Of a stretch of 64,000 bases of DNA, positions 44,995 to 58,279 are shown piece by piece. The DNA comes from Rotaria socialis (lineage: Eukaryota). The stretch covers positions 1 to 64,000 of the forward strand of contig CAJNYD010000236.1 of the NCBI GenBank assembly GCA_905331295.1, in the 5' to 3' direction. The notes beneath the pieces were generated by a model, which searched no databases, was not told the DNA's origin, and saw only the letters and a program-made list of their open reading frames with translations. Position 1 is the stretch's first letter, and every line of letters begins with the position of its first letter. Both the position numbers and the translations under genes were made by a program.

Positions 44995-47423
44995 ATGGGT
45001 CATAAAGCTAGTAAACAGAAAAAAGATTTAACAAATTTATCAGAAGACGAAATTGAACGTTTAACTAAAAATACTACGTATTCAAAACAACAAATTCACG
45101 ATTGGCATCAGGGATTTCTTCGGTAAAAAAATTCTTAAAAATTGTTCTATTTCATAAAAATTATATTTATTTATTTTTCATAGCGATTGTCCTACTGGTA
45201 AACTTGATAGTAAAAAGTTTTTGGAAGTGTACAAGGTAAAATATATTTCAATTTTTTTTGTATATAATATTCATCAATCTTTATAGAAATTTTATCCCGA
45301 AGGCAAAGCTGAAAAATTTTGTAGTCAAGTTTTTAAAACTTTTGGTAAATATATGTTCATGTAAATATTTCTATTTCTATTCTATATTTATAATTAGATG
45401 CTGATGGAAATGGTTACATAGACTTTGTTGAATTTCTTATTGCTGTGAATATCACATCTCATGGTTGGTTTTCCATTTTTGTTTTCTTCTCTTTGTATCA
45501 ATACATATATATATATATATATATATGCATATATATTTAAGGTGATGTTCGAGAAAAACTTCGATTGGCTTTTGACATGTACGATATGAATAAAAATGGA
45601 AAGGTAAATAATATCTTAGTTATATTTCAATAGAAATAGCGCAAAATTCTTTATTTTTCTTGTTTTTCGTGCCTAAAATATTCTTAGAATAGTAGAACAG
45701 AAGAGTTGATATTAATATAGAATCAATTCCCAAATGATTGAATGATAGGAATAAGAAATGATAGACTTTCTTTATTCTTGAGAAAAATGAGGAATGTTTT
45801 CAATCTAGCACACGATAGGTTCACATGTGAATGATTTTATTTCGCATATGCAATCTTGCTGTCTTTTTTTTTATAATAAATTATAGAAAAAGAAAAACAT
45901 TCCTTGTGTATGAATATATACACCCGCTTTTGTTGTCTCTCGAAGCATCAAGTAACAACCAATAGTTATTCTTAATCTCACATTCTTAGAAGTTTTCTTA
46001 GCTATTCATTCTTTGACTATACGTTCATGGTTAACTCATATGAGTATAGTATCGCATCATCGCACACTATGATTAAGTTATGTCTTCATTGTTTACCCTC
46101 GTGCACTCATAGTACTAGTTGGTAAGCCGAATACAAATTTGGTGCATGTATAAATACATTGTGCACATTTAATAGTAACTTTTCTTTCTCCCTTTCTGCT
46201 TGTTTTAACACATCATTGATTTGATAATGTTGCTTGTGATCTAGGAATAGCTAATGAGAGAACATTCGCCCTGAAAAGAAAAGGAAAAAATAATTTGATG
46301 AGCGAAAAAAAATTGTTTGCATGTTGATATTTACTGTCAAAAAGTACATATTCTATTGTTTACGTTATTTTTCGGCTATACTTTCTCCCTCTTTTTTTTT
46401 TGTATATCTTTTATTTATGTTCTGTTTCCCTCTCTTTCGTCACAAAAATCACATTCTCCTTGATCAATATGAAGACTGTTTATTTTATATAACTTATTCG
46501 TGCATGAAAACGTCATTATAACTAAAATAAGTATTTTCATTGGATTAGATTTACTTTTTCATATAAAATAATCATGGGTCAGGATGAAAGTAAAGTAGGT
46601 ACTACCGAAATAGATGATGACATCATTGTACGGCTTGCAGCAAATACAAAATATACACCAGAACAAATTCGAAGTTGGCATTCCGCTTTTCTACGAGATT
46701 GTCCAAATGGAAAACTTTCATCACGACAATTTATAGAAGTTTATAAAAAATTTTATCCAGAAGCTGAGGCTGAAAAATATAGCTATCAAGTATTTCGTAC
46801 ATTTGATGCGGATCATAGCGGTTATATTGATTTTGGTGAATTTTTAATTGCCGTTAATGTCAATGCTAATGGAGACGTACGCGATAAATTAAATCTTGCT
46901 TTCGATATTTATGATATTAATAAAAATGGACAAGTAAGAATGATAAAAGTCACAATCACAGCTATCAAAGATAAATATTTCTTTTTTAAATTAAGTATAT
47001 CCACCCATTGGATTCATATGATCGTGCTATTTAAGGATAGGAATGATTTTTTTAGTAGTCCATGTAGAATTCTCTGATTAATTTTCAGCTATTTTATAAT
47101 TTAAATAATCACAAAAATATCATGTCATCGCTTTTCTTTTATGTCTATATTTAGATCGACAAGAAAGAAATGACTAAAGTAATTACAGCAATCTATGATC
47201 TCTTAGGTTTGTTGATTAGTATTATTTGTTTTAGATTAAATAGAAAGTTATTTTAATTCTAGGTGAAGAACATCGCAAAGGAGAAAATTCACCAGAAAAT
47301 CGTGTGAAAATAATCATGGCAGTATTAGATTTAAATGATGATAAACATATTTCTCGAGACGAATTTGTTGAAGGTTGCCTCAAAGATGAGGTTCTTCGAC
47401 AACTATTAGCACCTAACGTTTAA
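44995..47423 (+). CDS. Neuronal calcium sensor (NCS/hippocalcin family), isoform A, 7 exons
   Basis: Exons 44995-45122, 45184-45235, 45287-45344, 45398-45463, 45542-45603, 47155-47206, 47263-47423. MGHKAS myristoylation motif, FLRDCPTG, EF loops DADGNGYIDFVE, DMNKNGKIDKKE and DLNDDKHISRDE. Confidence 0.92.
46574..47423 (+). CDS. NCS isoform B: single intronless first coding exon (46574-46933) spliced to the shared exons 47155-47206 and 47263-47423
   Basis: 120 open codons MGQDES...FLRDCPNG...DADHSGYIDFGE...DINKNGQ ending at a phase-0 CAA|GTAAGA donor at the same protein position as the isoform A exon 5 donor. Confidence 0.88.
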
Positions 47424-50400
47424 AAATGAAATAATCGTCAACAAAACAACGTATATACATATACAAAACGAAAACTCGATGTATTTTTTTTTGGATTATC
47501 CTTATCTTAACTTTATATATCAAACAGATTTTCTAAAGAAGTTTTGTGTTCGATTACCAGCTTGTTTGTTCTGTTTGTTTGCAAGTGTACGATACTTTAG
47601 AATTCGTTCAGTTTGATTTTATTTAGGAAAACACTCAATATCATTTAAATTTTTTTCTTGTTTTTGTCGTCTTGTTTGGCTTTTTTTCTGTTTTCTTTAA
47701 TCTTTCATTTCTCAAATAATAGCTATCTTCTTCTTGATTCCTTTTTCAATCGTCAAGCCTATAATCTCTGTCAATGGAAAAAGATATGTGCGTATTACAT
47801 TCATACCAATTAGGCATCGTTAGACAAACTAAGAATAAAATTATTATATACTTGCGTGATATCGAACTTGCCATTTATGATGAAGATCAATGTGATAAAT
47901 GAAGGTATACATGTCTATATGATTGAAGGTTAGCCACCAGATGTAGAAAATAAATGAAGATTTCTAAAAATTTTAATGAATGATAAATAAAATCGTTGAC
48001 CTACATTGGTATGATTTTGGTATATAGATGATGATAAAATATTTGTGGCATGTATTGAATGTTTCCATCAGTTTGATGAATAAAAATTCTCGTATTATAT
48101 ATATTTAAATATTAAAAAATAATTTTTTTTCATTTTTTTACAAAGTTGTTAATATGTTCGATAGTCTTTTCTTTTGTGAAAGAATGTTTGGTTTTTATTG
48201 TCAGTATTGAGAATTGATCTCAGTTTTGTACTTGTTCGTAAGCGGTGTTATCGTATTAATGAGATTTATTTCTAGGCTAATTTAATTGAGTAAATTCTTT
48301 CTCTTAAACTTACTTAACATATTGTCTTATTCGATATGTGTTGCGTTTAATTATTTTTTTATCCTATTTGTTTAGTAAGATGATTTCGTGCTATTTAAGT
48401 TGACTTTCTCTCACAGTAACATTTAATTAAGCGTAAAAGATATTTTACTCGATTGATAGCGCCAAAGGCACAACTAATAGTGTTGTAGTTCAATGTACGA
48501 AAGAGAAAAAAAGATATAACAATCATAACAATATGAATGTTCTTATGTATCAATTTTAGCTATTACTCCTTCATATAAACCAGAATAACACGTATCGTGT
48601 CTGGAACAAAAGAATATTAATCATAACAATATACGTAACAAGGGCTTTACATAATTATCAATACAATTGTTTTAATTGTGAATATGATTGAAAAATACTT
48701 TTTTTTAAACTTTATAATTCAACAACTAAAATAAACTAATAAAATTTCATGGGCTAAAGAATTCATCTTTTCTTTTGCTTGGGTTTAAATATCAAAGAAG
48801 TTTTAAAATGTTACTTTTGTAAAGAATGTGGAAGTACAGATTTCTTAAAGTAAAAATACAAATAAGAGTTATTCCCAATATTGAAAAAAGTTAAATTACA
48901 ATATATCACAGAAATGTAATATTTTAATGGCATAATAAGATGACTCTGAAGATTAAAAAAAAAATATATATATATATATAAATATATCTTACACTTCTCA
49001 TCAAAACATTTGTATTTAAGCATGAGTGTGTTAAATACTATGATCAATATTAGAATAATCCTTCGACAATGTGCTGTAGGTCATTTTTGTCTTGTTATTG
49101 AATTCTAATCTCTGTAGAGTCAACGATCTTTTGAAAGGATGAAGTATCCATTCGCTATGATACAAAAGAAAAAAACTTTGATCTTGCATGTCTATTAGTA
49201 TCAAAACGTCATCATAGATGGTGCGTTATAATATGCAAAGCTATATAATGGAGAACTCGAAAAGAAATCTAGCATCATTAACACTGTATTTTCTAGATTA
49301 TCAATTAGAAAAAAAACCGTATATCTTTGTTGTATGTTAAGTTTTTTTATTTTGCTATAATTAGTTGAAAGCTTAAACTTAAAAAATAAGACACGCACAT
49401 ATTACGGAAAATTGTTAGTTTTACGTAAATCTAAAATGGAAGCTTTTCCAGTCATGAAAATAGTAACCAAGATGGTGTCTTTTCTGTTCTTGATAAAATT
49501 TTTCAATAGTTCAGAGTATTTATTACTGCTCTAGAGACTGCTACATTTTATCTATCTTAGAGAAACTTCAATCACCAAGAGAGATGAACCAATTTAATGA
49601 TTGTCATGATTGCTAGACTTGAAAATATTGTATTTTATTTGCTTTCTTTTTTAAATTTCTAATTCTAAGTGCGAAAATGTGCTTCATAATCGGATGAGAT
49701 ATTCAACACGTTCCGATAAAGTTATCGAAATTTCATCGTACATCTTATAAAATAATTTATATCAAAAATTAAAAACGTCATTGATAATACAAATGATCAT
49801 TCTTAATCCATCACAAGATGCATCATTAAGTTGAAAGAGCTTTTCAAAAGCTACGATGAATGTTAAATTTGCATATCATTGACATATATCATGTACTCTT
49901 CAAAATGTATTAAACTTTATTTCGTTGTTAATTTTGATATTTGCATGACTGTGCTAAGATGTTATTATGACCGGAATAATTGATGCGTGAGATAACAAGC
50001 GTCCGTCTGATGCTTTGATATGATTTTTGAAATTATTATTTTTATGATCGATAGTAACGGTTTTAGATTCTAGAGAAAAACTTTAAATTATAATTACGAG
50101 ATACATTTTTCTATTCGAATTCTATATGAAAAATCTTTGCTTATATTGATAGTGTTTCTATCATTTTAACTCATGGAGCAAATCAATTAATTACATTTGA
50201 CGATCCGAAACATTAGTTATGATCTATTGTTCTTATCTTTGTTGAGGCATGTACATTAATCACACATACCGAATCTAGAGTAAGATCAGATCATTTTTAA
50301 TATTGTAAACAACAGTGCATTTCTTTGATTAAAATCAATGTTTTTGTCGCTTAAAATTGTAGAATAAAGAGATATGTTGCAATTTGAATAATCGTTTCTT

Positions 50401-52797
50401 AAACTGAATATTCAAAGTTTTATGTATAAAATATTTTTCTCTAAATGAACATGACAGCTTGGCTAGTCTGCTTGAGCATTTTTTTTACATACTGATATTA
50501 TAGCTCATCAAAAAAGAAAAAAAATCAATCGTATTTGCATATTTCAATACTAAGCATGTCGAACCATTTTCGATTAATAATTAATGATCATTTCATTGAT
50601 GACTTCTAATCATTATTCATGATAAAAAGCAATGAATTAATACATGAATAAAATATTAAGAAAAACTCCATGGATTTTATGAAGAAAAAATAGAATGCTA
50701 CTCCAATATTAAAATACAATCGGGTAGAAGGACGCTGCTAGATGCCAATTTTTACCAGTTGAAAACTTTGAAGTACTCAAGATAAATATAAAGATAATGA
50801 GTTTGCATAATTTTTTATCATCGTTCAACTCTTAATGGTGATAATTTTTACACCATTTCAACAATGCAAATATACTACATTCAGAAAGAAGAAGTTCGTT
50901 TCTTCTTCTCGTTGCTGAAAGCAATGCAAATACTGGTAATAACTGAAAATAATTTTTATAGAAATTAAAATATAAGAAGACGAGTAAAGCATACAGATGA
51001 GTTCTTCAGCACATTTAATCAAATCAAAAAACAAATAGAAAACGTTGATGCGCTAAATTTGATTTGACAGACATATTAAATTACTCGATCACAATCAACA
51101 CTTAATTGCTAAAAACAACAAGAAATAGTGGATCTTAATTGTGGATACTACATCAAACACAAATTTTCATGTGAACATAGAGAAAACGCATTACATTAAA
51201 CTATTAGTATATTCTTAATGTGGTTGACAACTCCAAAGAGAACATGCTTACTCTTGGATTTCCTTTCTCTTCATTGAAGATTATTGCCACTCGATCGCCT
51301 ATGAGTAATGAAACAGCTGTTCTGATTTAGTTTTCCAGCCTTCGCATGTTACATGGTTACATGGTCACATGGCGAATATTAAGTAAAACGATCATCACCC
51401 AACAAGTAAATATCAGATAACATACGAAAATAGACTGCTTTACTACTTATCATAATCGATCGTATGGCAATAGCCGCACATGCTAAATAATTCCTAAGAA
51501 AATTATAAATCAATTTTTATGACACAAACATCACACATAAGCTGTTGTAGTAAAGATCTCTTTTTTTTGTTACTTCAGTAAATTTAGTTCAGCACTGGTG
51601 AACAAAAATTTGAAAAATTAAAAAAGAGAAATCGAACAAACTTTACGACTATTGACTGTTCAGCTTACTACAATGCCTAACTTTATTTCGAATAAACATC
51701 AAAATCAATGATGATCGTATGTTTTTCACGAAATTCATATAAACTACAATTCATCTAATAACTTCATAAACAGAGATGCGTTGGATCAAGTCACATTTAT
51801 CGAATTTATACATCAATATTATTGATGTATAACAAAAATGAGGAGAATTTATTTTTAATTTTTGTACAATTTACTTTAGAAAGTTTGCTAAAAACAAATG
51901 AATTTAGATATATTTCATTTAATGATATTTTTTTTTAAATATTTATTCTATGTGGATTGTTTGAAATAGGCATCTAACGAATATACTATCCTATTTCATT
52001 GTGTAAGCTATATATTGTAATTGCATTAATCTTCTCAAATATCGATTTGAATTTTAAAGAAAAGTTTTGTTGAAATCTTATATTAAGGACGAAGATAAGA
52101 TGTCTATGATCTAACCAGTGGCTACATATTTCTATATTTATTTTTCGGGGCTCTTATAAACGAACTTTTTTGAAAAGTCAAGGGAAGATAAACATAAGTT
52201 AATGCTGAATCATGCCAAAGTATCATGTCGAATACAAAAACAGGAAGATAAAAAGAAAACTTTCAAGAGCGTAAACGACATAACTAAGATAAACTAAAAT
52301 ATCTTTTAGTTAAATTTACAATATATCAGCTCATTTGTCATTGATTATATATTTTTATCATACAAAAAAAAACAATAAACTGCTCAAAAATACGTTTTAT
52401 TTTAAATTTAAAACAAACATTAAATATAATGAGATCACGAGTTGTAGTTATGATTAAATTAAATTTATCTTCTATACACTCAACTTTATTTGTCGTTTCT
52501 TCTTACGTAAAAGTCTATTGACGAGATATTGTATTTCTTTACTATTTCAACATCATCTTCGTTTTGTTTTATCTATTTGCTTCTCTTCTTTCACTTTTTT
52601 TCTTCTTTATACGTTTACTTTTCATTTCACATATATACTCAATAAGAAAAAGAAAAAACAAAAACGATGATGACAAACATAATACTTACAAAACAAATAC
52701 AACAACATTAACAAAAGAAAAAATATAGATTCGTATATTATCAAATAGTTTTTTTTCAAAAACAAACAAAACCTTTATTGTCAATAATATACATATA

Positions 52798-55700
52798 ATG
52801 GCTGCCACTAGTAGTCCACCCGAAACAGACAAAGAGCCAAATTGGTTTAGTCGAATGTTTTCTTCGAACAGTTCAACATCACAAGGATCTTCTTCAACAA
52901 ATCGTGTTACGTCGATTATAAATCCTAGTTTTGAATCGTTTGGTGATATATTAAGGTTCAGAAGATCAGCTGACTACCACCCTAGACAGCAGCAAGCTAC
53001 TATGGATGAATCATTAGTTGATATTGCAATTAATGCTGAATCAGATATATCATCTTTAGCAGATAAATCAAAAGGAACCATTGATTTTTTTCATACACCA
53101 TCTGTGAGTTAAATATTTATCAAATACCACCTGAAATATATCTATTGATTGTTGACAAAGGGTGCTATAACAACAACTCAAGGAAGTCACTATGCAGACT
53201 GGTCAACAATCGATTGGTTAAGCGATCAAGCACGAGATCGATTGCGACATCAAGTTATTACTGAACAAAAACACGATTCCATGTGGAAGCGTTTTGTTGC
53301 TTTTCATGATGCACTTTCTGGATGGTTTGTTGTCACGTCATTTGTTTAATATTCTTTTTATTATATTATTATTTCTAGGCTTTGTGTACTTCTCGTCGGT
53401 ATTAATATTGGCATTATTGCAGCCATTGTCGATATAGGGGCTGTATGGTTAACAAATATAAAAATTGGCGTTTGCCTACCCGCTTTTTATCTGTCACAAG
53501 AACAATGTTGTGTATGTCTATCTTTTGAAATCGTTTTCATAGACGAAAATATATTATTTAGTGGACAGCATCGAATCAAACTTATGATCAATATCAACAT
53601 GTTCATTGTGCTCATTGGCATGGATGGTCCAGTCTTTTTCATGTTACTAGTGATACTGCAGCAGAGTATGTTGTGAACTATATTGCATATATTGTGACCG
53701 GTAGATATCAATTGCTTTATTTTAGTTTAAATAATAATAATACTGACTTTTTAGGTGTATTTTTTGCAACAATATGTGCTATACTTGTTAGAACATTTGC
53801 TCCGTATGCATGTGGTAGTGGTGTACCAGAAGTCAAAACTATTCTTTCTGGTTTTATTATTCGTGGATATTTTGGTGCATGGACACTTTTGATCAAAAGT
53901 ATTGGTATGATATTAGCAACAAGTGCCAATTTACTACTTGGAAAAGAGGTATTTATTGAAAATTTTGTTGAATTATTTTCTAGAATATAGATATTATTCT
54001 AATGCTGAAAATAAATTTCTTTTTTAGGGTCCGTTTGTTCATTGCAGTTCTTGCTGTGGAAATATTTTTGCTCGACTTTTTCCTAAATATGGACAAAATG
54101 AAGCGAAAAAACGAGAAATTCTTTCTGCAGCAGCAGCCGCTGGTGTTTCAGTTGCTTTCGGTGCACCAATTGGTTTGTTATCTGCTTGAATAAATCATTG
54201 TTTTACTTATCAACTATTTATTTCTTGTAGGTGGAGTATTGTTTAGTTTAGAGGAAGTATCCTATTATTTTTCATTAAAAACTCTATGGCGTTCATTTTT
54301 TTGTGCAATGATTGCTTCGTTAATAGTTAAAATTTTATCTCCATTTGAAAATCAACATCTTGGTCTATTTTACGTTGGAAATAGATATCGTTGGTTCTAT
54401 TTTGAAATGATTCCATTCATTATACTCGGTATTCTTGGTGGATTATTTGGTGCTTTATTTATTAAACTGAATCTTGCTTGGTGTAAAATAAGAAAAACAA
54501 CACGTTTAGGACGTTATCCTGTGCTTGAAGTAGTTATGGTTGCTTTAGTTACATTAATTGTTTCATATCCAAATCCATATACACGTATGCCTATGTCTAC
54601 GTTGATTCGTCGACTTATTTCATCGTGTGAACCCGATGATGAAAGTTTATTGTGTGATTATCGACGAAATATTACATCAGCTTATGAAAAAAATGATAGT
54701 GCAAAACCATTGAGGTAATATTATTCATCTGTAGTCGGTATATATTGCATGCCGATTAACCATCTATATCCTCAATCACAATCTAGTAGAACAAATAAAT
54801 GCTGAATAAATAATGAGAATAACTTCGAAATATATTAAATAGAATATTAGTTGCGTTTAATCGGGTCGATGTTACTGCAATACTATGAGGGATTATAAGG
54901 TGTGAATTTAAGAATCTTTGCATCTTGAATACTATCGAAAGTGGCCTTGAGACTTATTTGATTTTATACTATGGCTTGCTTAGAAATTATATTTTTTTAA
55001 TCAAGCTGAAAATCTGCTTATATTAGAGTTAATTATTCTTTGGAAAATGATTCATTTCTGGTAGTGACATATACCTAGATAAATGTGAATCTGATTATTA
55101 TCTGATTTAGAAACAGATCCTTCGATATCACAATTATAATGCAATAGTTAGTTGGGATTTCGATTCGAAATTCTTCATTGTCTATGGTGTTAATACTTAA
55201 CTAAGAAACGCTAACTCGCATTATTCTATGAGCTCACATCGGGAAATCACTCTCTAAACAGTTGTTTCTAGTTATATAATGTTAGAAAATTGACTCTATT
55301 CAATGTTTGATTACTCTAAGTGAATGATACAAGAGTATTATTTAATTGATTGTTTAAGGTTCATAAGTTAAAGTTTACAAAACAAAAAAAGAATAATCAG
55401 ATTAAATATAGACTTGTATTCATTGTTCGTTTTAATCATTTAGCGGTGTTTGGATATCTATGGGTTTACTTTTTTCGGCTTTATTCACTCAAACGATTCT
55501 TTTTATTTTTACATTTGGCATTAAAGTGCCTTGGTTAGTATAATATTTAAATTATTAAAAAAATTCTTTTTCTTATATTAAATTTTGTTCTACAGTGGTC
55601 TATTTATTCCTTCCTTGACACTTGGTGCTATTACAGGTCGTATTGTTGGTATCCTAGTTGAAACATTTGTTTATTATCGGCCTAATTTTTTCCTCTTCAC

Positions 55701-56451
55701 AATTGAATGTAGTGCAACCGACGAACAATGTGTTGTGCCTGGTTTTTATGCTGTTGTTGGTGCGTGTGCTTTTCTTGGTGGTGTCACACGAATGACAGTA
55801 TCACTCGTTGTAATTATGGTTGAACTCACTGGTGGTCTTTCGTATTCTGTTCCATTGATGTGTGCAGCATTGATTTCAAAACTTGTAGGTGATGCTTTAG
55901 TTGGTGAAGGCATCTATGATGCACATATAAAACTCAATAACTATCCATATCTTGATATTAAAGCTGAATTTATTGATCAATCAACAGCTACTGATTTAAT
56001 GGAAAACAAACAAGATAAAAATGAATTAATCATGTTACCACGTGACGGTTTAACACTGAGTGATTTAATAACTATACTGCGTACACATAAATATAATGGT
56101 TATCCTGTTATTGCTAGTATAGAAGAAGCATCAATTATTGGCTTTGTCTTACGACGTGATCTTGAATCAATTATTCAACAACGAACATTATCAAATATAG
56201 AATCGAATATGAACACATGTATATCGTTTTCGCGTACAACACAACAGCAATTAAATTCGATACATCTCTATCGTTTATTAAATCGTTCGCCAACAACAAT
56301 AACATTGGACACACCAACAACAACAATTATAGATCTATGTAGAAAACTTGGTGCACAAACTATATTGATAACAAATGAAAAAGGACATTTAGTTGGTCTT
56401 TTAACCAAAAAAGATATTATTGCTTATGTTAAACAAAAAAAGCTTAAATAA
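52798..56451 (+). CDS. CLCN3: ClC-3/4/5-type H+/Cl- exchanger
   Basis: [22 protein letters not shown] (gating Glu), FSLEE (proton Glu), GLFIP, GGVTRMT, GIYDAHI, two CBS domains. Vertebrate paralog (3/4/5) not resolvable. Confidence 0.92.
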
Positions 56452-57218
56452 AAACAGTTTATGATTGGTTCTGTGCAGAGAAAAAGAGTTTTTTTCATAC
56501 AAGATGCAAAAAAATCAGAGAGAGAGAGAGGGAAAAAACTTTGTCTCACTTTTTTTCTTTGCTAATAATAAAAACACAGAATTAGCTTTTTTTTGCAACA
56601 TATATATATATATATACAGTATATACAAAAACAGCATTATTTTGTTGATGTTCTCATGAACGGAAATTGACTCATGACTTTATTTTATATAAGCATATTC
56701 ATTGATCCTTGAATAAGCGATAATACTCATTTTTTATTAAATAATACCGAGTTTGCAGTTGTGTTGGGGATTCAGTATGCGATTTGTTTATTCATTTTTT
56801 CATGATTGATCCTAAATAGCAATGGCATATTTGGACAGAAATGATTTTTATTCTAGAAATGCCAACAACATAATAAGAAGAAGCAGAGTAAAATCATGTT
56901 GACAGTTAATTATACGCTTCTAGTGGTGGCTGCTAAGATCTTCTTTTTTCTTTCTCTCTCTCTGTCTCTCTTAGACTCAAAAGATTATATATATTGGAAT
57001 AAAAAGAAAACATGAAAAGACACATAAGAATAAAATTAATTTTGACGAGTACCTCCTCGCATATTAATCACTAAGAAAACAATAATAGGAAACACACTTA
57101 CTCTTTCACTATCTCATCGATTGTTATAGCTATGGGAGCTGTATGCATATATTTTAGTTTATCTTCTTTAGATAGTCTTACTACAAGCAATTCTTCGTAA
57201 TTCAAAGTGAAATCAACT

Positions 57219-57562
57219 ATGAATTTATTTTGTCAACGATTAATAAAATATCTTTCCATTTGGTTTGTTTTCATTTGTATTGTCCGTTGTTCTCGACAAG
57301 TAAGTACAATAATTGTTATTTCTAATCATCGATCTGACTATTGTTTTTCTTTTAGAATGCTGAAGAACATCGTGCAAATGCAAAAACTGATTCTCATGAT
57401 CAAACATTAATAGTTGCTCGTTCTCAAAGATTAAAAGAAATGTTAACTCGTCGAAGTTTTTATGATCCTTCATTTGATGATACCTGGTCAAAATATTTAG
57501 AAAAAAAACGTAATTTATTCGATCCAGCTTATGGTGATTGGGCCAATCGCTTTAAAAAATGA
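57219..57562 (+). CDS. Secreted neuropeptide-precursor-like protein, 95 aa, 2 exons
   Basis: Exons 57219-57299 and 57356-57562 with a GTAAGT...TAG intron. Signal-peptide-like N-terminus; RR-SFYDPSFDDTWSKYLE-KKR-NLFDPAYGDWANRF-KK-stop; AATAAA just downstream. Confidence 0.75.
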
Positions 57563-58279
57563 TCCGATGAATAAAGCAAAATCATAAATATACCGTTTCT
57601 CCCTCGTATCTTCTCCTAGCACATTACTAGCCCAAGTAATTAAATAAAATAATGTTTCAATAGATCATGAAAGTGTTAATCAGAACAAATTTTATTTCTC
57701 TACCTTGCAAATGAAATGATTCTTAACTTTTTTCGTTTACATCCGTACATATTTTTTATGATTCTGCTTGTACAATAAAATGCGGATCAAGAAACAAATA
57801 GAGAGAATACGATTCATTTTTTCATGTTTGCCATCTCTCATTACTATAGAGCAAATATCACCAAAAAAAAGATACATTTATATAAGAACAATGTTCAAAC
57901 ATATATCAATGCACTGTTCTTTGAAACAAACAGAAAACGAAGTCGAACTGAATATGAAGAAAGAAAGAAAGAAAACAGAACGTGTGAATATATGATCTGC
58001 TATGCAGAACTATGAATACAAGAGGCAAGAAAAGAAAACATGAAATAACCGTAAAAATATATACAGTTGTGAAAGAAAACAACGAATTGCCATATTTCCA
58101 ATCGATCAAGATACACGAATGAGAGAGAGCAGCAGCAAGAGTAATTAGTCGACGAAAAGAAAAAAATACAGAACAAATGAAAGACATACACATGTGGAGC
58201 ATGAAAAAACAGAAACAGACAAACAAAAGAACACAAAGAAAGGAAAAATCATCTTTAGTCCGATTTTAAGGTTAGATGT

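Noticed and set aside
46934..47077. C-terminal 47 aa of the 167-aa ORF as a novel NCS tail
   Set aside because: It is intron read-through past a strong GTAAGA donor; NCS similarity resumes at 47155.
47500..52750. Hidden gene in the 5-kb gap between NCS and ClC
   Set aside because: No exon chain or recognisable protein motif found by eye; treated as UTR and intergenic DNA.
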